Part shown: positions 10,052 to 21,057 of the stretch, one piece after another
Numbering within the stretch: position 1 is the stretch's first letter
How the letters are laid out: every line of letters begins with the position of its first letter
Assembly: GCA_025558095.1 (NCBI GenBank)
Contig: JAIVFI010000011.1
Span: 62,001 to 126,000, forward strand
Length of the DNA stretch: 64,000 bases
Source: Hyaloraphidium curvatum SAG 235-1
Lineage: Eukaryota; Fungi; Monoblepharomycota
Direction: 5' to 3'
The notes under the pieces: model-generated
Seen by the model: the letters and a program-made list of their open reading frames with translations, nothing else
Told to the model about the DNA's origin: nothing
Databases searched by the model: none
Translations under genes and position numbers: made by a program

Positions 10052-13000
10052 ATGGCACCCCGGCCGCGCCTGCCCGCGCTCTTCGCGCTCGCCGCCACCC
10101 TCGCCGCGGCCGCGCTCTCCTCACCGGCCACCGCCGCCCCGTCACGCGCCGGTGTGCTCGGCCTCACGGACGTGTGGTGCCAGGAGGAGGGCGGCATCAC
10201 CGGCAAGTTCGGCCCCGTGCTGGAGTGCCCGGTCGGGCACGCCATCGCCGTCCAGGCCGTCTTCCTCGGCCGCGACGTGCCTGGCGTGCCGTCCATCCCG
10301 GAAACCTGCCCGTGCACGTTGGCAAACGGCACGCTGGCGCCCCTCTGCGACGGCGTCGGCCGCCTGGGCCTCACGATATCGGACAATGCCACCGACTGCC
10401 TGCCTGCCGCGAGGGACGCAGCCGCCCTCGCGGTCTTTGTCGCCGAGCGCTGCGATGGCAAGCAGTCGTGCTCCGTGGCCGTCAGCAGCATGGACCACTA
10501 TCTTTTCTCGATTCCTCTGGACCTCTTCCCTCGCCCATGCGTCTCTTTCCCTGTGGACCTGTTCCACCCGCAGCCCATGACATTCCTCCTCCTCCGCACC
10601 ACGTACGACTGCTACGACACCAGGGTCGTCACGGCCATCCCGTCGCCCGTCAAGCCGTCGCGCTACAACCTCGGAAAGTTGACCTGGCCCGAGATCAGAT
10701 TCCCCTCGACCCTGGCTGCGCCCAAGGTGCCCGCGCTGGCCAAAGCGCTGGACGACATGAACAAGCTCGCGCTCGTGTACGGCGCCAAAGCTGGCAGCTC
10801 GGCCGTGGAGCTCAACTTCCTGGACTTTGACCTCAACACGGTCGACCGCTACATAAGCGACGCCACGGGCGGCCAGATCAACCTCGGCAACCTGACCTCG
10901 CTTACCATCCGGGCCATCAACATCTTCACCGGCAGCCGCCTCGACATTGCCCGCAACACGAGGAGCAGGACGACCCTGATCTTGGACGCCGTTAACGTCA
11001 TGGTGTCGCACCAGATGGACGACAGGCTCCGCGTCTTCTCCCAAGGGGCGCCGGACGTCACGGTGCAGGCCTTCAACTACTACCCGGTCGCGCCCAAGAT
11101 CGAGTGGGTCCCCGTCGTCGTCCAGGGGGCACGTAAAACCACCGCGAAGGCCGTCAAGGCTACGACGGTCAAGCGGCGGACCACGTCGCGCAAGAGGAGG
11201 ACAACCACCAAGCGGAAAGCGACCTCGGCCAGGAAGCGGCTCACCTCGGCCAAACGGAAGGAGACGTCGGCCAAGAGCCGCACCACGACCAAGAAGGCCG
11301 TCGTCTCGGTCGCGCCGCCTCAGGTGGGAGACGCTACGCCCTAGATCCGGCCATTTGCTGACCGATCTTTCGCAGGCCGGAACCCCGATTGATGCAGCGA
11401 ACCCTGCGTACCTCTCCGACCCCGTCGCCCAGCTCTGCGACCGCGCCCTCTCCGAGATGGTCCGCAGCGGCCGCCTCGTCGAGGCTGTCGCCTTCGCCGC
11501 GGACCTGAACCTGCCGATCAGCAAGGGCGCCCCCGCCGGCCGCCCCGCCCTCTCGGCCTCCCTGACCCGCTTCATGAACGTCGCCTCGGGGCTGCTCGCC
11601 AGCGGACGCAACCGCGCGCTGGCCAAGGTGCCCTTCCTTAGCCGGCAGGCCATCACGGGGTCGATCCTGATCGAGCTGGACAACCTGGCGAACCTGGCTC
11701 GCAAGTCGGACTCGCTGCTTGCCCGCGGGGCTACGGTCGAGACGGCCCGGGAAGCGGCGTCGACCTCGCTGGCAGTCATGCGCTCGCAGCTCGAGTCGTA
11801 CAAGCAGGAATTCGGCGTGCAGTCGGGCTTCCTTGCGAGCATGAGCGAGACGGTGACTAAGCTCAACTCGACCTACAACGACCGGCTCAAGGCGATGGAC
11901 ACCGCGGGGGCCAAGTACAAGACGGCCGTGGAGGCCAAGGTCCGCAAGGAGCTCGCGTTCGCCATCACTGGGATCGTCTTCGACGTGCTCGGGATCCTGA
12001 GCAGCGGCGGCAGCGCCGGGTTCCTGGCCGTCGACATGTACGGGCAGATCAAGGCGCTTCGCGGGCATCCCGACGTCTCGGCGTGGATCATCCTAGCGGA
12101 TCTCGAGAAGATGTCCAAGATGCTGGACAACGTAAACAAGATCTTTGCGGTGCTCGGCAAGATTGCTCCGGTTGGTCGAGGCGCATCGGTTCTCGAATTG
12201 CCCAGCTGACAGTTACCCCACAGCTCGTCAAGAGCTTCATGTCGCTGCCCAAGGACCCGAACTACAAGCCCTTCGACGTGACCGTCGACATGGCCAAGTC
12301 CTTCTCCAACGGCGCCATCAACTCGTCCTCCCTCGCCGACCTCTCCGTGGCCACGCTCAACTTCCAGGACCTGCACGACCAGGCCCTGCTGGCCTTCCAG
12401 CCCTCTGTCGTGTCCGGGATCGGCGCCGCGACCGACTTTTCCATCGCGATCGCACAGGTCGCCAACGCCGGGTTCGACCTGACCACAATCATGATCAACG
12501 AGCTCGCGCAGCTCAACCAGGTCGTGCTGAGCAGCATCAGATACCAAGCCGCCCTCGCGCAGCTGAACGACCTCCAGGCCAGCGTCGACACCTTTGCCCG
12601 GCAGGCCACCGCCGTCACCGGCGCCGTCAGGAACCTGCAGCAGGCCGTGCTGGAGAGCAAGCTCCGCGCGCTGGACCGTCTGGACCAGGCCTGCGCCGCG
12701 TACGAGTTCGCCAACACGGAGCCCTGCCCCGGTCGGGGATCGGTGCAGCTGGATTCGTCGCCCGAGGAGTTTTCGGCGCAGTTGCGCGCCGTCCTGGACG
12801 GCCTGTCGACGGCCGCCAGCGCATCGCAGTGTATCTGCAACATGTCGATCGTGGTCACGGACCCGGGCTTCATCGGCAATCTGTCGGCGGGACAGGCGGT
12901 GCTGGACCTCGTCGCCGCGGACACGGAGCAGCGGCTATCATTCTTCGACAACCTACACATCTTCCAAATGAACAGTCAGTGCTTTCTCGCTTGCTTGGCT

Positions 13001-13471
13001 TGCCCGCGAGCTGACCCATTCGCACTTCCAGTCAAGCCGATCGGGATCCAGCCGTCGACCCCGACCTCGGGCACCCCCTGGCTGCGCTTCCTCCTCGCGA
13101 CCAGCGGCCGCTTCCTCAACACGGGCTTCGTGAGCTCGATGGGCCGCTACCTCCAGGAGTTTATCGCTCCTGCCGTGCCCATTCAAATGATTTACGAGCC
13201 TGCCAACGGGTTCCGAGCCATTGTGCCGGGGGCGCTCACGGACGAGGACACCTCGGTGTTCTACGTGCCCACGCCGCAGACGCGGTTCACGGTCACGGAT
13301 CGGAGCCAGGGAGTGGTGTGGGACTACAGCAACGTCAAGTCGGTGCTGGTCGAGCTGTACGGGTACGGGCGTTTGCCGCCGGGGCAGCTTGCAGCAGACC
13401 AGGCGGTGGTGCCCAACACGGGGTCGATCGTGCAAGGAGGCTCAATCTGCAGCGTCTGCTTCAATAAGTAG
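10052..13471 (+). CDS. Large secreted protein: signal peptide, SUEL/Gal-lectin-like domain, K/R/T linker, long helical region, C-terminal beta domain
   Basis: Signal peptide MAPRPRLPALFALAATLAAAALS. LECPVGHAIAVQAVFLGR...RCDGKQSCSVAV...PC...YDC is the SUEL pattern. Introns 11324-11375, 12171-12223 and 12975-13031 join three ORFs in frame. Confidence 0.8.
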
Positions 13472-13612
13472 AGCTAGAATCCATTGGAATACCTTCAATC
13501 TTCGAGAGAGTGTGCCCACCATCGCGCCTCAGCGCGAAGCAGCGACTCAGCGGCGCGCCGGTTCCGACAATAACCTTCCTGTCACAGCTGTCTCCGAATC
13601 CTGCCCGCCGCC

Positions 13613-14228
13613 ATGTCAAAAGACCCGAAAGTGGCCGCTCCACCACCTCCGCGCCCTTCGCTCGGCCCGCTCGCCTACGCGGCGGCGGTGGCGCTCTTTG
13701 CCGTCGCGATATACGCGCTCCGCTCCTCCTCCTTCTCGCCCTTCCGCTCCTCCGAGCCCGGCCGCCCCGACACGCGCGCCGCGTGGGAGGCCGCCGGCAG
13801 GCCGCTGAAGGAGTTTTCGGTCGCGGAACTGGCGCTGTACGACGGGACGGACGTTTCGAAGCCCATCTACCTCGCGATCCTGGGCGAGGTGTTCGACGTG
13901 ACGGCAGGGGCGACATACTACGCCAAGCCGGACGGGGGTTACTCGTTCTTCTCGGGCGTAGACGCGTCGCGGTCGTACGCGACGGGCTGCTTCCAGACGC
14001 ACCTGACGCACGACCTGCGGGGCCTGACGGAAAAGCAGGTCAAGGTGGGATCCGCGGCGCGTCCTATGAGCCCGTCCGCGCCCCGGCTGACATAATCTGC
14101 AGTCGATTCGCGACTGGGCGGACTTCTACCGGAAGAGCAGCAAGTACTTCAAGGTCGGCACGGTCGCGCTGCCGCCCATCGACCCGGACTCGCCGATCCC
14201 GCCCGACTGCAACGCGCCAAAGAGCTGA
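13613..14228 (+). CDS. Cytochrome b5-like heme/steroid-binding protein (MAPR family)
   Basis: N-terminal TM, then FSVAELALYDGTD.SKPIYLAILGEVFDVTAG..YY...GGYSFFSGVDASRSYATG. One intron (about 14046-14102); exon 2 reads DWADFY..SSKYFKVG. Confidence 0.9.
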
Positions 14229-14316
14229 TTCGGCAAAGGCACTATACCAACGAACTAATGTGTATGCTTTTGTTCTTCGACAAGACGAGGTACTGCTCCA
14301 AGCCCAGGACGTTGTA

Positions 14317-15453
14317 TCACGTCGCGCGAAGCCCGTCCGCCTCGGCTTCCTGCAGCTCTTTGATCCGGAGCCTCAGCTTCTCGATGTCCCTCTTGCTGCT
14401 GCCCTCGGGGATCCCGAGGGACTTCCAGAATTCGACCTGCTCGAGCAGCAGGCCCGTGTCCTCGTCCGCAACCTGCTCCGCGGACGGCAACCTCATCGTC
14501 CTGACCGCCAGTACGACGTCGGACCGCGAGGAGATCAAAGCTCTCATGCTGTCGAGGTCCGTCGCGGGCATCACAGCGAGGTTGAGCACAACACACTGGA
14601 GTCTCTCGAGGTTGGGGGGGAGCCCGTGGAGGAGGTTCGAGCTCGGCAGGTCGTGGCACCGGAACTCCCGGACCGGCAGCCTGACCGCCTTCCTCCACGT
14701 CCTCACATCGGCCGCGGTCCCGGGTCCGACAGCGCGGACGACCGCCGGGGCGAACCCGTCGTCGGGAGCAAAGTTCCAGAAGATTTCCTCGTACTGCGGG
14801 CGGATGGTCCAGGAAGTGATCTTGGCCACGAAGGACGGCGGCCATGTCATGTCGTAGGGGCACCGGTGGACGTCGAGCTCGACCTCGCGCAGCTCGGGGC
14901 ATCCCGAGTCCAGGGAACGGAGCAGGGGAGCGTTCCACAGCCCCTCGTACCTCAGCGATTTCAGCGACGGGAGGTCGAAGGAAAAGTCCTCGGCGGTGAG
15001 GTGGAACATGCGGGGCGGGGAATAGAGCCGCAAGTCGAGCGAGACCAGGTCGCGCCAGCGGATCGCCGAGAACCGGACGAGCTGCGCCTCGCTCGCCAGC
15101 CGAACCGACGCCCGCGTGGTCTTCGGGCATCCCCGCGCGACCCTGTCGACGACTTCGTCCGGGGTGTCGGACCGAGCAAACAGGTTCACGTGGCGCGCGT
15201 AGCGGAAGCGGTCGTCCTTGCCAAAGGCGCCCATGATGCGGTCCGGCGCGGCGTGCTTTCCGGGGCCGTAGTTGATGTCCAGTCCGCGGTGGAGATGCGG
15301 CACGAGGAGCTCGTAGATGTCCCGGGAGGCGAGGGCGAGCTCCAGCAGGCTCTTTGTGCCCGGCTCGAAGCACTCGCCGGCGTTCACGAAGAGCTCCCGG
15401 GGAATGACGGGAGACGAGTCGTCTGCAACACCTGCCGCTGTTGCTAGAGCCAT
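14317..15453 (-). CDS. Hypothetical F-box-like/LRR-like protein
   Basis: 378-aa single-exon ORF with natural composition. N-terminal IPRELF...LLELALASRDIYELLVPHL, then LxxLxL repeats (LPSLKSLRY, CPELREVELD). Confidence 0.6.
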   Translation of the reverse strand: MALATAAGVADDSSPVIPRELFVNAGECFEPGTKSLLELALASRDIYELLVPHLHRGLDINYGPGKHAAPDRIMGAFGKDDRFRYARHVNLFARSDTPDEVVDRVARGCPKTTRASVRLASEAQLVRFSAIRWRDLVSLDLRLYSPPRMFHLTAEDFSFDLPSLKSLRYEGLWNAPLLRSLDSGCPELREVELDVHRCPYDMTWPPSFVAKITSWTIRPQYEEIFWNFAPDDGFAPAVVRAVGPGTAADVRTWRKAVRLPVREFRCHDLPSSNLLHGLPPNLERLQCVVLNLAVMPATDLDSMRALISSRSDVVLAVRTMRLPSAEQVADEDTGLLLEQVEFWKSLGIPEGSSKRDIEKLRLRIKELQEAEADGLRAT

Positions 15454-15956
15454 ATTCTCCAGATGCGGTTCAGGCGGCAGTTCTTTCCGCGGTCGTCCTG
15501 TTCCGCAACCCCGGCCGACGCGCTGTCACGACGAATCCCGGAATGAAAAGCTAATCGTGGCATGCCCACCTACGCCTAGAACTGGACAGAAAACAGCGAT
15601 TCAGACGGCCAATTGATGGCACTCAAGGCGCCTGAGCAGAGCACTAAGTAGCGGACCCTGAGTTGCGATGCCGCAGTAGCTCGAATCCGTGGACCATCCG
15701 CAACGTTCCGTGGTTGTATATCCCAAAACTAACCAGCAAGCGGGAATTGGAGGTCACCATAGCAGTCACCGTATAGTTCGGAGTGGCGGCACCTGTCACG
15801 TATGTCGCTGGTGCTGCGCTCGGGGGATCGTCCCCGAGGACAGGACCCTTTTCCCGTTTTCACCTCCCCCCAATTCCGCCGACCGCTCCGCCCCGTTTCC
15901 TCCACCAGGGCCCGCTCGGACGAGGCACTAAACTGGTCCGAGTGCAGGAAAGGGCG

Positions 15957-17490
15957 ATGACGGTGGAGGAAGGCGCCGACTACGGCGCGGTCAAGGCGGC
16001 GGCGGAGCAGGTGGAACGCGATGCCAAGGCGCCGACCAAGTGGACCCGTGGCCGCATCGCGCTCCTCGTCGCCGGCGCCGGTGAGTTTCCGGTCCTCGTT
16101 CAGTGTCGATTGCCTCTCAATGCTGTTGTGGCGACCAGTTGTGCTCGTGGCCGCCATCGCCGCCGGTATCGCGGTCGGCGTGACAAGCGCCCAGCGCTCC
16201 TCGTCGGGGTCATCGACACCATCCAGCCTGGGAGCCGCTGAGCCTCTACCGACGGCGCAGCCGGCCGCAGCCCCTCCTGCGGCCCCTCCTGCGGCCCCGG
16301 CCGCCCCGCCCGCCCCTCCGCCGCGCCCGGTGCCCGCGCCGCCCGCGACCTGCCAGACGCCCCCCGGCGTCAACCGGCTCGACCTCCCCAACTCGGTGCC
16401 GCCGTACCCCGGGTACTGCCTGAGCTGGGAGACCGGTGACGAGGCCTACCTGGCCCGCGACCGCCTGCAGCGCAACCCGGGCATCGTCTGCGGCTTCGTG
16501 CAGTCCAACGACCCGCAGAACTGGGACCAGTCGGGCTTCGACCACTACGTCGACTCGATCGTGAACACGACCAGGCCCGGGGAGGCATCTTCCATCCTGG
16601 AGCTCACGCTCATGCCCAACTACGAGCTGCGCCTGCTCAACGACACGACCATGCGCCGCTGGGCCAGCGAGTTTGCCAGGGCCAACAAGCGGGGCGTGCC
16701 CATCCTGCTCCGCTTTGCCCACGAGATGAACGGCGCCTGGATCAACTACGGCATGAAGCCCACGCAGTTCATCCCGGCCTGGCGCAAGTTCGCGTCGATC
16801 GTGCACGCCGCGACCAACCTCACGGCCATGATGTGGGCGCCCAACGTCGGCGAAGGCTACCCGTACGAAAAGTCGGTCTACACGCCCGAGCCGGGCACGC
16901 CCGACTTCCTCCTCCTCGACAGCAACAAGGACGGCAGCCTGGACCCGCTCGACGATCCGTACTCGCCCTACTGGCCCGGCTCCGAGTACGTCGACTGGGT
17001 CGCCACCTCGCTGTACTGGACCGGCGGCTCCTGGCCCGGCATCGTCAACACCCCCCCGCCCCCGGACCACGTCGGCCCGACCATCGAGGGCAACTCGACC
17101 GCCAACATCAACCAGGGCCAGGCACAGTACGACTTCAACGCCATGTTCTCGGTCAAGTACGGCAAGCCCATGGCGCTGGGCGAGTCGGGCGTGAGCTTCT
17201 ACCGCACCACGGCCGCGGGCGACGTCGTGGACCCCGGCATTGGCGAGCTGGCCATCAAACGCGCGTGGTGGAGGCAGACCTTCAACCACACCCTGCACAC
17301 GGCCTTCCCGCGGCTCAAGGGCATCGTGCATTTTGACGTCAAGAAGGACGACGGCAGGGGCGCGGTCGACTACACCATCACCGAGGGCGTGGCGCTGCCC
17401 GAGTACAGGAAGGAGATGGAGGGCGTGCCGCTGACGTGGGCGGACAAAGTGTTGGCGTGGCAGTGCGACGGGACGGTGGCGCTAGCTTAG
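15957..17490 (+). CDS. Glycoside hydrolase family 26-like protein with N-terminal membrane anchor and Pro-rich stalk
   Basis: LLRFAHEMNG (acid/base), MWAPN, YWPGSEYVDWV and KPMALGESG (nucleophile). Intron 16081-16138 lies within the TM segment. Confidence 0.87.
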
Positions 17491-18157
17491 CTTCTGACAC
17501 GCCTTTGGAGAACCTGCCAATTTTGCGGATGGACGACATATGTTTCTTCGGACATGAGAGCCTTAGTCTCACTCTCATGTATTCTCCGTCTGCGCATCTA
17601 TACATTTCTTATCTGACTCCGACTCCACATCCTGTGGAACCGTGGAGAATCTCCTGGTTTCATATGGAGGGCGATCAGGGCGGGTCAGCGAAGGGCTCGC
17701 GCGGGGGCGGATCATGCTGCCGGATCGTGAAGGTGGGGGGCTGCTGGGGTCGGGCGTGTCAGTCCGAGAGTGGCGGAGCATTCGCGGAATGTCGAACCCA
17801 CGAAATCGCGCCTGGCGTGACCGGTCCTATCCCGGGCCGGAGCTTCCCCTCCCTCTCGTAGTAGTCCGCCGGCGCTGCCTCGAAGTCGAACCGCCGCCTC
17901 TTGAAGGGGAGATTCGGAGCCGGACCTCGGGTGGTCCACGGCACCGTGGTCTGTGCAAGGGGCTCCACGCCTTTGTCGAGTACCTGGACTCGATCGTCGT
18001 CAACGCCACGGACCTGGGATCGGTCGCCTGAAGGTTCTGCCCTACTTGATGCACGCTTCTGTCACGCTCGGTTGTTTCTATATGCCCCTCTCGTCCCGTT
18101 GCTCCCTCCCTCGCTTGCCCGCACTGCGCGAGGCAGCCACCTCATCAGCGTTGACGG

Positions 18158-19650
18158 CTACTCGGCGGCCGCCGGAACGACGCAAAAGTCCTTGCCCCCC
18201 TCCTGGCCTTCCGCGTCCCCGAACACCACCTCCCTCACCCTCTCGCTCGACGCTCCCGGCACGCGGAAAGTGAGGTTGTCGATCCTCGCGATCCCGTGCA
18301 CTTCGGGCTCCGGCGCCCGCGGGAACCAGGAGTAGGGGTACTTGTACGCGCGGTAGACCAGGGCGAGGGCCAGCGGCGGCTTGCCCCAGTACGGCGAGAC
18401 GTACTCCCAGACGGTCTCGTGCTCCGGCGTGACCTCGAAGATGCGGCCGTCCGAGCCCTCGGTGATGAGCGTGTTGCCGTTGGGGAGGCGCTGCGCGCTC
18501 GAGACGAAGGGCGAGTAGAACCGCGAGGCGTCGAGCGGGACGATGTAGCCGGCCTCGCGGGGGGTGTACTGCCACTTGATCTCCAAGGTGGTGGGATCGA
18601 TCTCGAGCACGCGGGAGTAGTCGCGCAGCGCGGACTTGGTCCCGTCGCTGGAGGGGTTGGCGTCGCCGTACCCGGCCCAGCCGCCGTTGTCGAACAGCAG
18701 CAGGTTGCCCTCGCCGGGGAGCCCGCGGGGGATGATGTGCGCGTGGTGCAGGCCGATGATCCAACCCAGCTTCTTTTCGGCCGGGTTGTTGTCGTAGCGC
18801 GGCCCGAGCTTCCACGCGATCTTGCCGGTAGCCTTGCTGACGATCGCGATGATGTTGGATTCGCGCGAGTCCCAGATCAGGTTGTCCGGGTGGAACCGCT
18901 CGTCCCCGGCGTCGAACCACCTGTTGGGCCCGACGTACGAGAGCGAGTTGATGTGCAGCCAGTCGCCGACGCCCTCCCCGACGGGGACGGGGTTGGGCTT
19001 GCGCCGGAGGACGTCCTTGGCGGCGTCGTCGAAGCCGAGCTCGTCAAAGTGCTCGTGCGGGTGCCATTCCCAGGTGATCTTGCCGGCGTGGTCGATCTCA
19101 ACGATGCGGTCGTCGAGGAGGGGTTGGTCGCTGATCCGGGGGTCGGTCACGTCGCGGTGCACGAGGATCAGGGTCTTGAACGGGCCTTCCGTCTGAAAGA
19201 ACCGAAGTTCAGCATCGCAAAGAGAGCAAGACAAGCCGATCGCCGAACCTTGGGCTCCTGGCCCGGCGCAAAGTACCCCGTCGCGCTCCCCTCGCGCTGG
19301 AAGTCGTGGTGCTGCCTCGCGATCCACCTCCTCTCCGTCCCCGGATCCTCCACCTCCTCCAGCTTGTCCCAGCTCCACACCACCCTCCCTTCCGCATCGA
19401 CCTCCACCAGGTCCAGCTGGTCCTGGAAGCCGAACCGCGGGTTCCTCGTGCCCGAGCTGCCCAGCACGTTGCCGTTGGGCAGCAGCTTGTTCGGGAACCC
19501 CTGCAGGCCCTTCCAGACCTGCACCTCGCGGCCGATGGGGTCGAGGAGCACGGCGCCGTGGTCGGCGGCCTGGAAGAGGACGAAACCGGGGTAGGCCTTT
19601 TCCGGGTTGAAGAGCGTGACGCCCGTCGGGTGGACGGTCGGGATGCCCAT
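18158..19650 (-). CDS. Aryl-sulfate sulfotransferase (ASST), bacterial type
   Basis: MGIPTVHPTGVT, ARQHHDFQR, DWLHINS, HHAHIIP, LLFDNGG, SRVLEIDP and SSAQRLPNGNTLITEG. One intron at about 19193-19249. Confidence 0.9.
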
Positions 19651-20274
19651 GCTTTCGGCTGTCGGGAAGGCGATGCGATGTGAAGACGGCGGCGTCGCCT
19701 TTCTCCTCGCGCCACCCCGGGGTTGTACTGTTGTGTGCGAGAATGGCGCACAATCGCACCATTCCGGCGTCGGGAGGCTGTGCCGAAGTTCACGCGCCCC
19801 GCGCCTCCATGCCCGCAGGTCGCAGCTCGGGCCCGTTCCCTGCGCCGAATCTCCGCGTGACAGGACAGGCCCGCTGCCCACCTGGTGACTGAGCCCCGCC
19901 CGCCCCCAAACGATGGTAACGCGGCCGCCGCCCCCGGCGTAGGCGCGACCGAGTGAACGGCGCCACAACTGAAGCTTCCCGACCGGCGAGGTGTGTGGTC
20001 GGTTTTCTGGAGAGGCTGCAGAGGACAAAGAGAGCGGAGTCAGGCCAGAGCGTTGGCCAATGAAGGCCGTGAGGGGGTGTCACTCGCAACAGAGGGGATT
20101 ACGAAGATCGACTGCCACTGTAGACTACGCCTCCATCCTTAGCAGAAAGGCAGTATTCAGGCTGCTCATCGTACAGCAAATCAACGATGGGAGCAACGGC
20201 GCAATTGAGATGTCCAGCTTTCGGCGGTTCTAACCCCTCCCGTCCTCTCGTCCCCGACCACGTGCGAGCCAGGC

Positions 20275-21057
20275 TCATGCCGCAACCTCGTTGCACTCCC
20301 AGTACCCCCGCAGGTCCGGCATTGCAACCCCGCACGGGGCCGCGAACGAGTCGTACGCGCCCAGCCCGCGGCCGGCCCCGCCCTGCACGTCCTTCCCCAG
20401 GCCCTCGAGCCCCTCCATCAGCATGCGGTCGCATTCCTCGGCCGGGTACCCCCGCGCGTACTCGGCTGCGGCCCACGTCTCGCGCACCTCGACGGTGCCG
20501 AAGAACCGCACGCGCTTCCGCGTTGCGCCGGCGGCGGACGGCCGACGCAGCCTCGCCGCGGCGCGGGTGCAGGGGAGCGAGGCCGACGCGCGGGCGGGGT
20601 AGGAAGCGTCCGGGGAGGCCGACGGTTGAGGCGGGAGCAGGAAGGGGTCGTCGTCCACTGGGGACGGGGAGCGCGGGGACTCGGTGGGCGTCGCGGAAAG
20701 AGTGGTTGGCGGGGAGTCGCAGGTCTCTTCCGAGTGCGCAGGAGAGGCCGGGGAGGTGTCCAGGGGAGGCGGTTTCGCGTGTTTGCTGCGGTAGCGCGCA
20801 AGCGCCGCCGCGGGTGCGTCCCCGCCGAGGGTTTCGTCCGAGCCGAAGGAGCGCTCGTCGGCGAACGCCTGCTCAGTGCCGGGGGGCGGGAGCACGGCGG
20901 CGTCGGCGCTGGCCCGGCGCGGCACGAGGCTCATGACGAACGATTGGTCCCGCGGCCAGGCGGGCGCGCCGGTGCCGAGGAGGGGCTCGGAGTGGCGCCG
21001 TGGGACGGGGAACGGAACAAAGATATCGGCGGACTGCATTTCGTGCGGTTTGTCCAT
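20275..21057 (-). CDS. Disordered Pro/Ser-rich protein with a C-terminal RVxF PP1-docking module
   Basis: RKRVRFFGTVEVRETWAAAEYAR matches the [RK]VxF...V..T....EY.R module of Bni4/neurabin-type PP1 regulators. Confidence 0.6.
   Translation of the reverse strand: MDKPHEMQSADIFVPFPVPRRHSEPLLGTGAPAWPRDQSFVMSLVPRRASADAAVLPPPGTEQAFADERSFGSDETLGGDAPAAALARYRSKHAKPPPLDTSPASPAHSEETCDSPPTTLSATPTESPRSPSPVDDDPFLLPPQPSASPDASYPARASASLPCTRAAARLRRPSAAGATRKRVRFFGTVEVRETWAAAEYARGYPAEECDRMLMEGLEGLGKDVQGGAGRGLGAYDSFAAPCGVAMPDLRGYWECNEVAA

Noticed and set aside
13510-15447. 645-aa plus-strand ORF, and similar long Arg/Pro/Gly-rich ORFs (e.g. 7621-8814, 10142-11866, 32175-33824, 58149-60245, 58522-60174)
   Set aside because: Shadow frames overlapping better-supported genes; stop codons are rare at this GC content.
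15615-15700. tRNA-like stretch containing ctcgaatcc
   Set aside because: No TTCGA T-loop consensus and no consistent cloverleaf or acceptor stem.
17600-18100. Short ORFs between the GH26 and ASST genes
   Set aside because: No motif or codon bias; likely UTR or intergenic.
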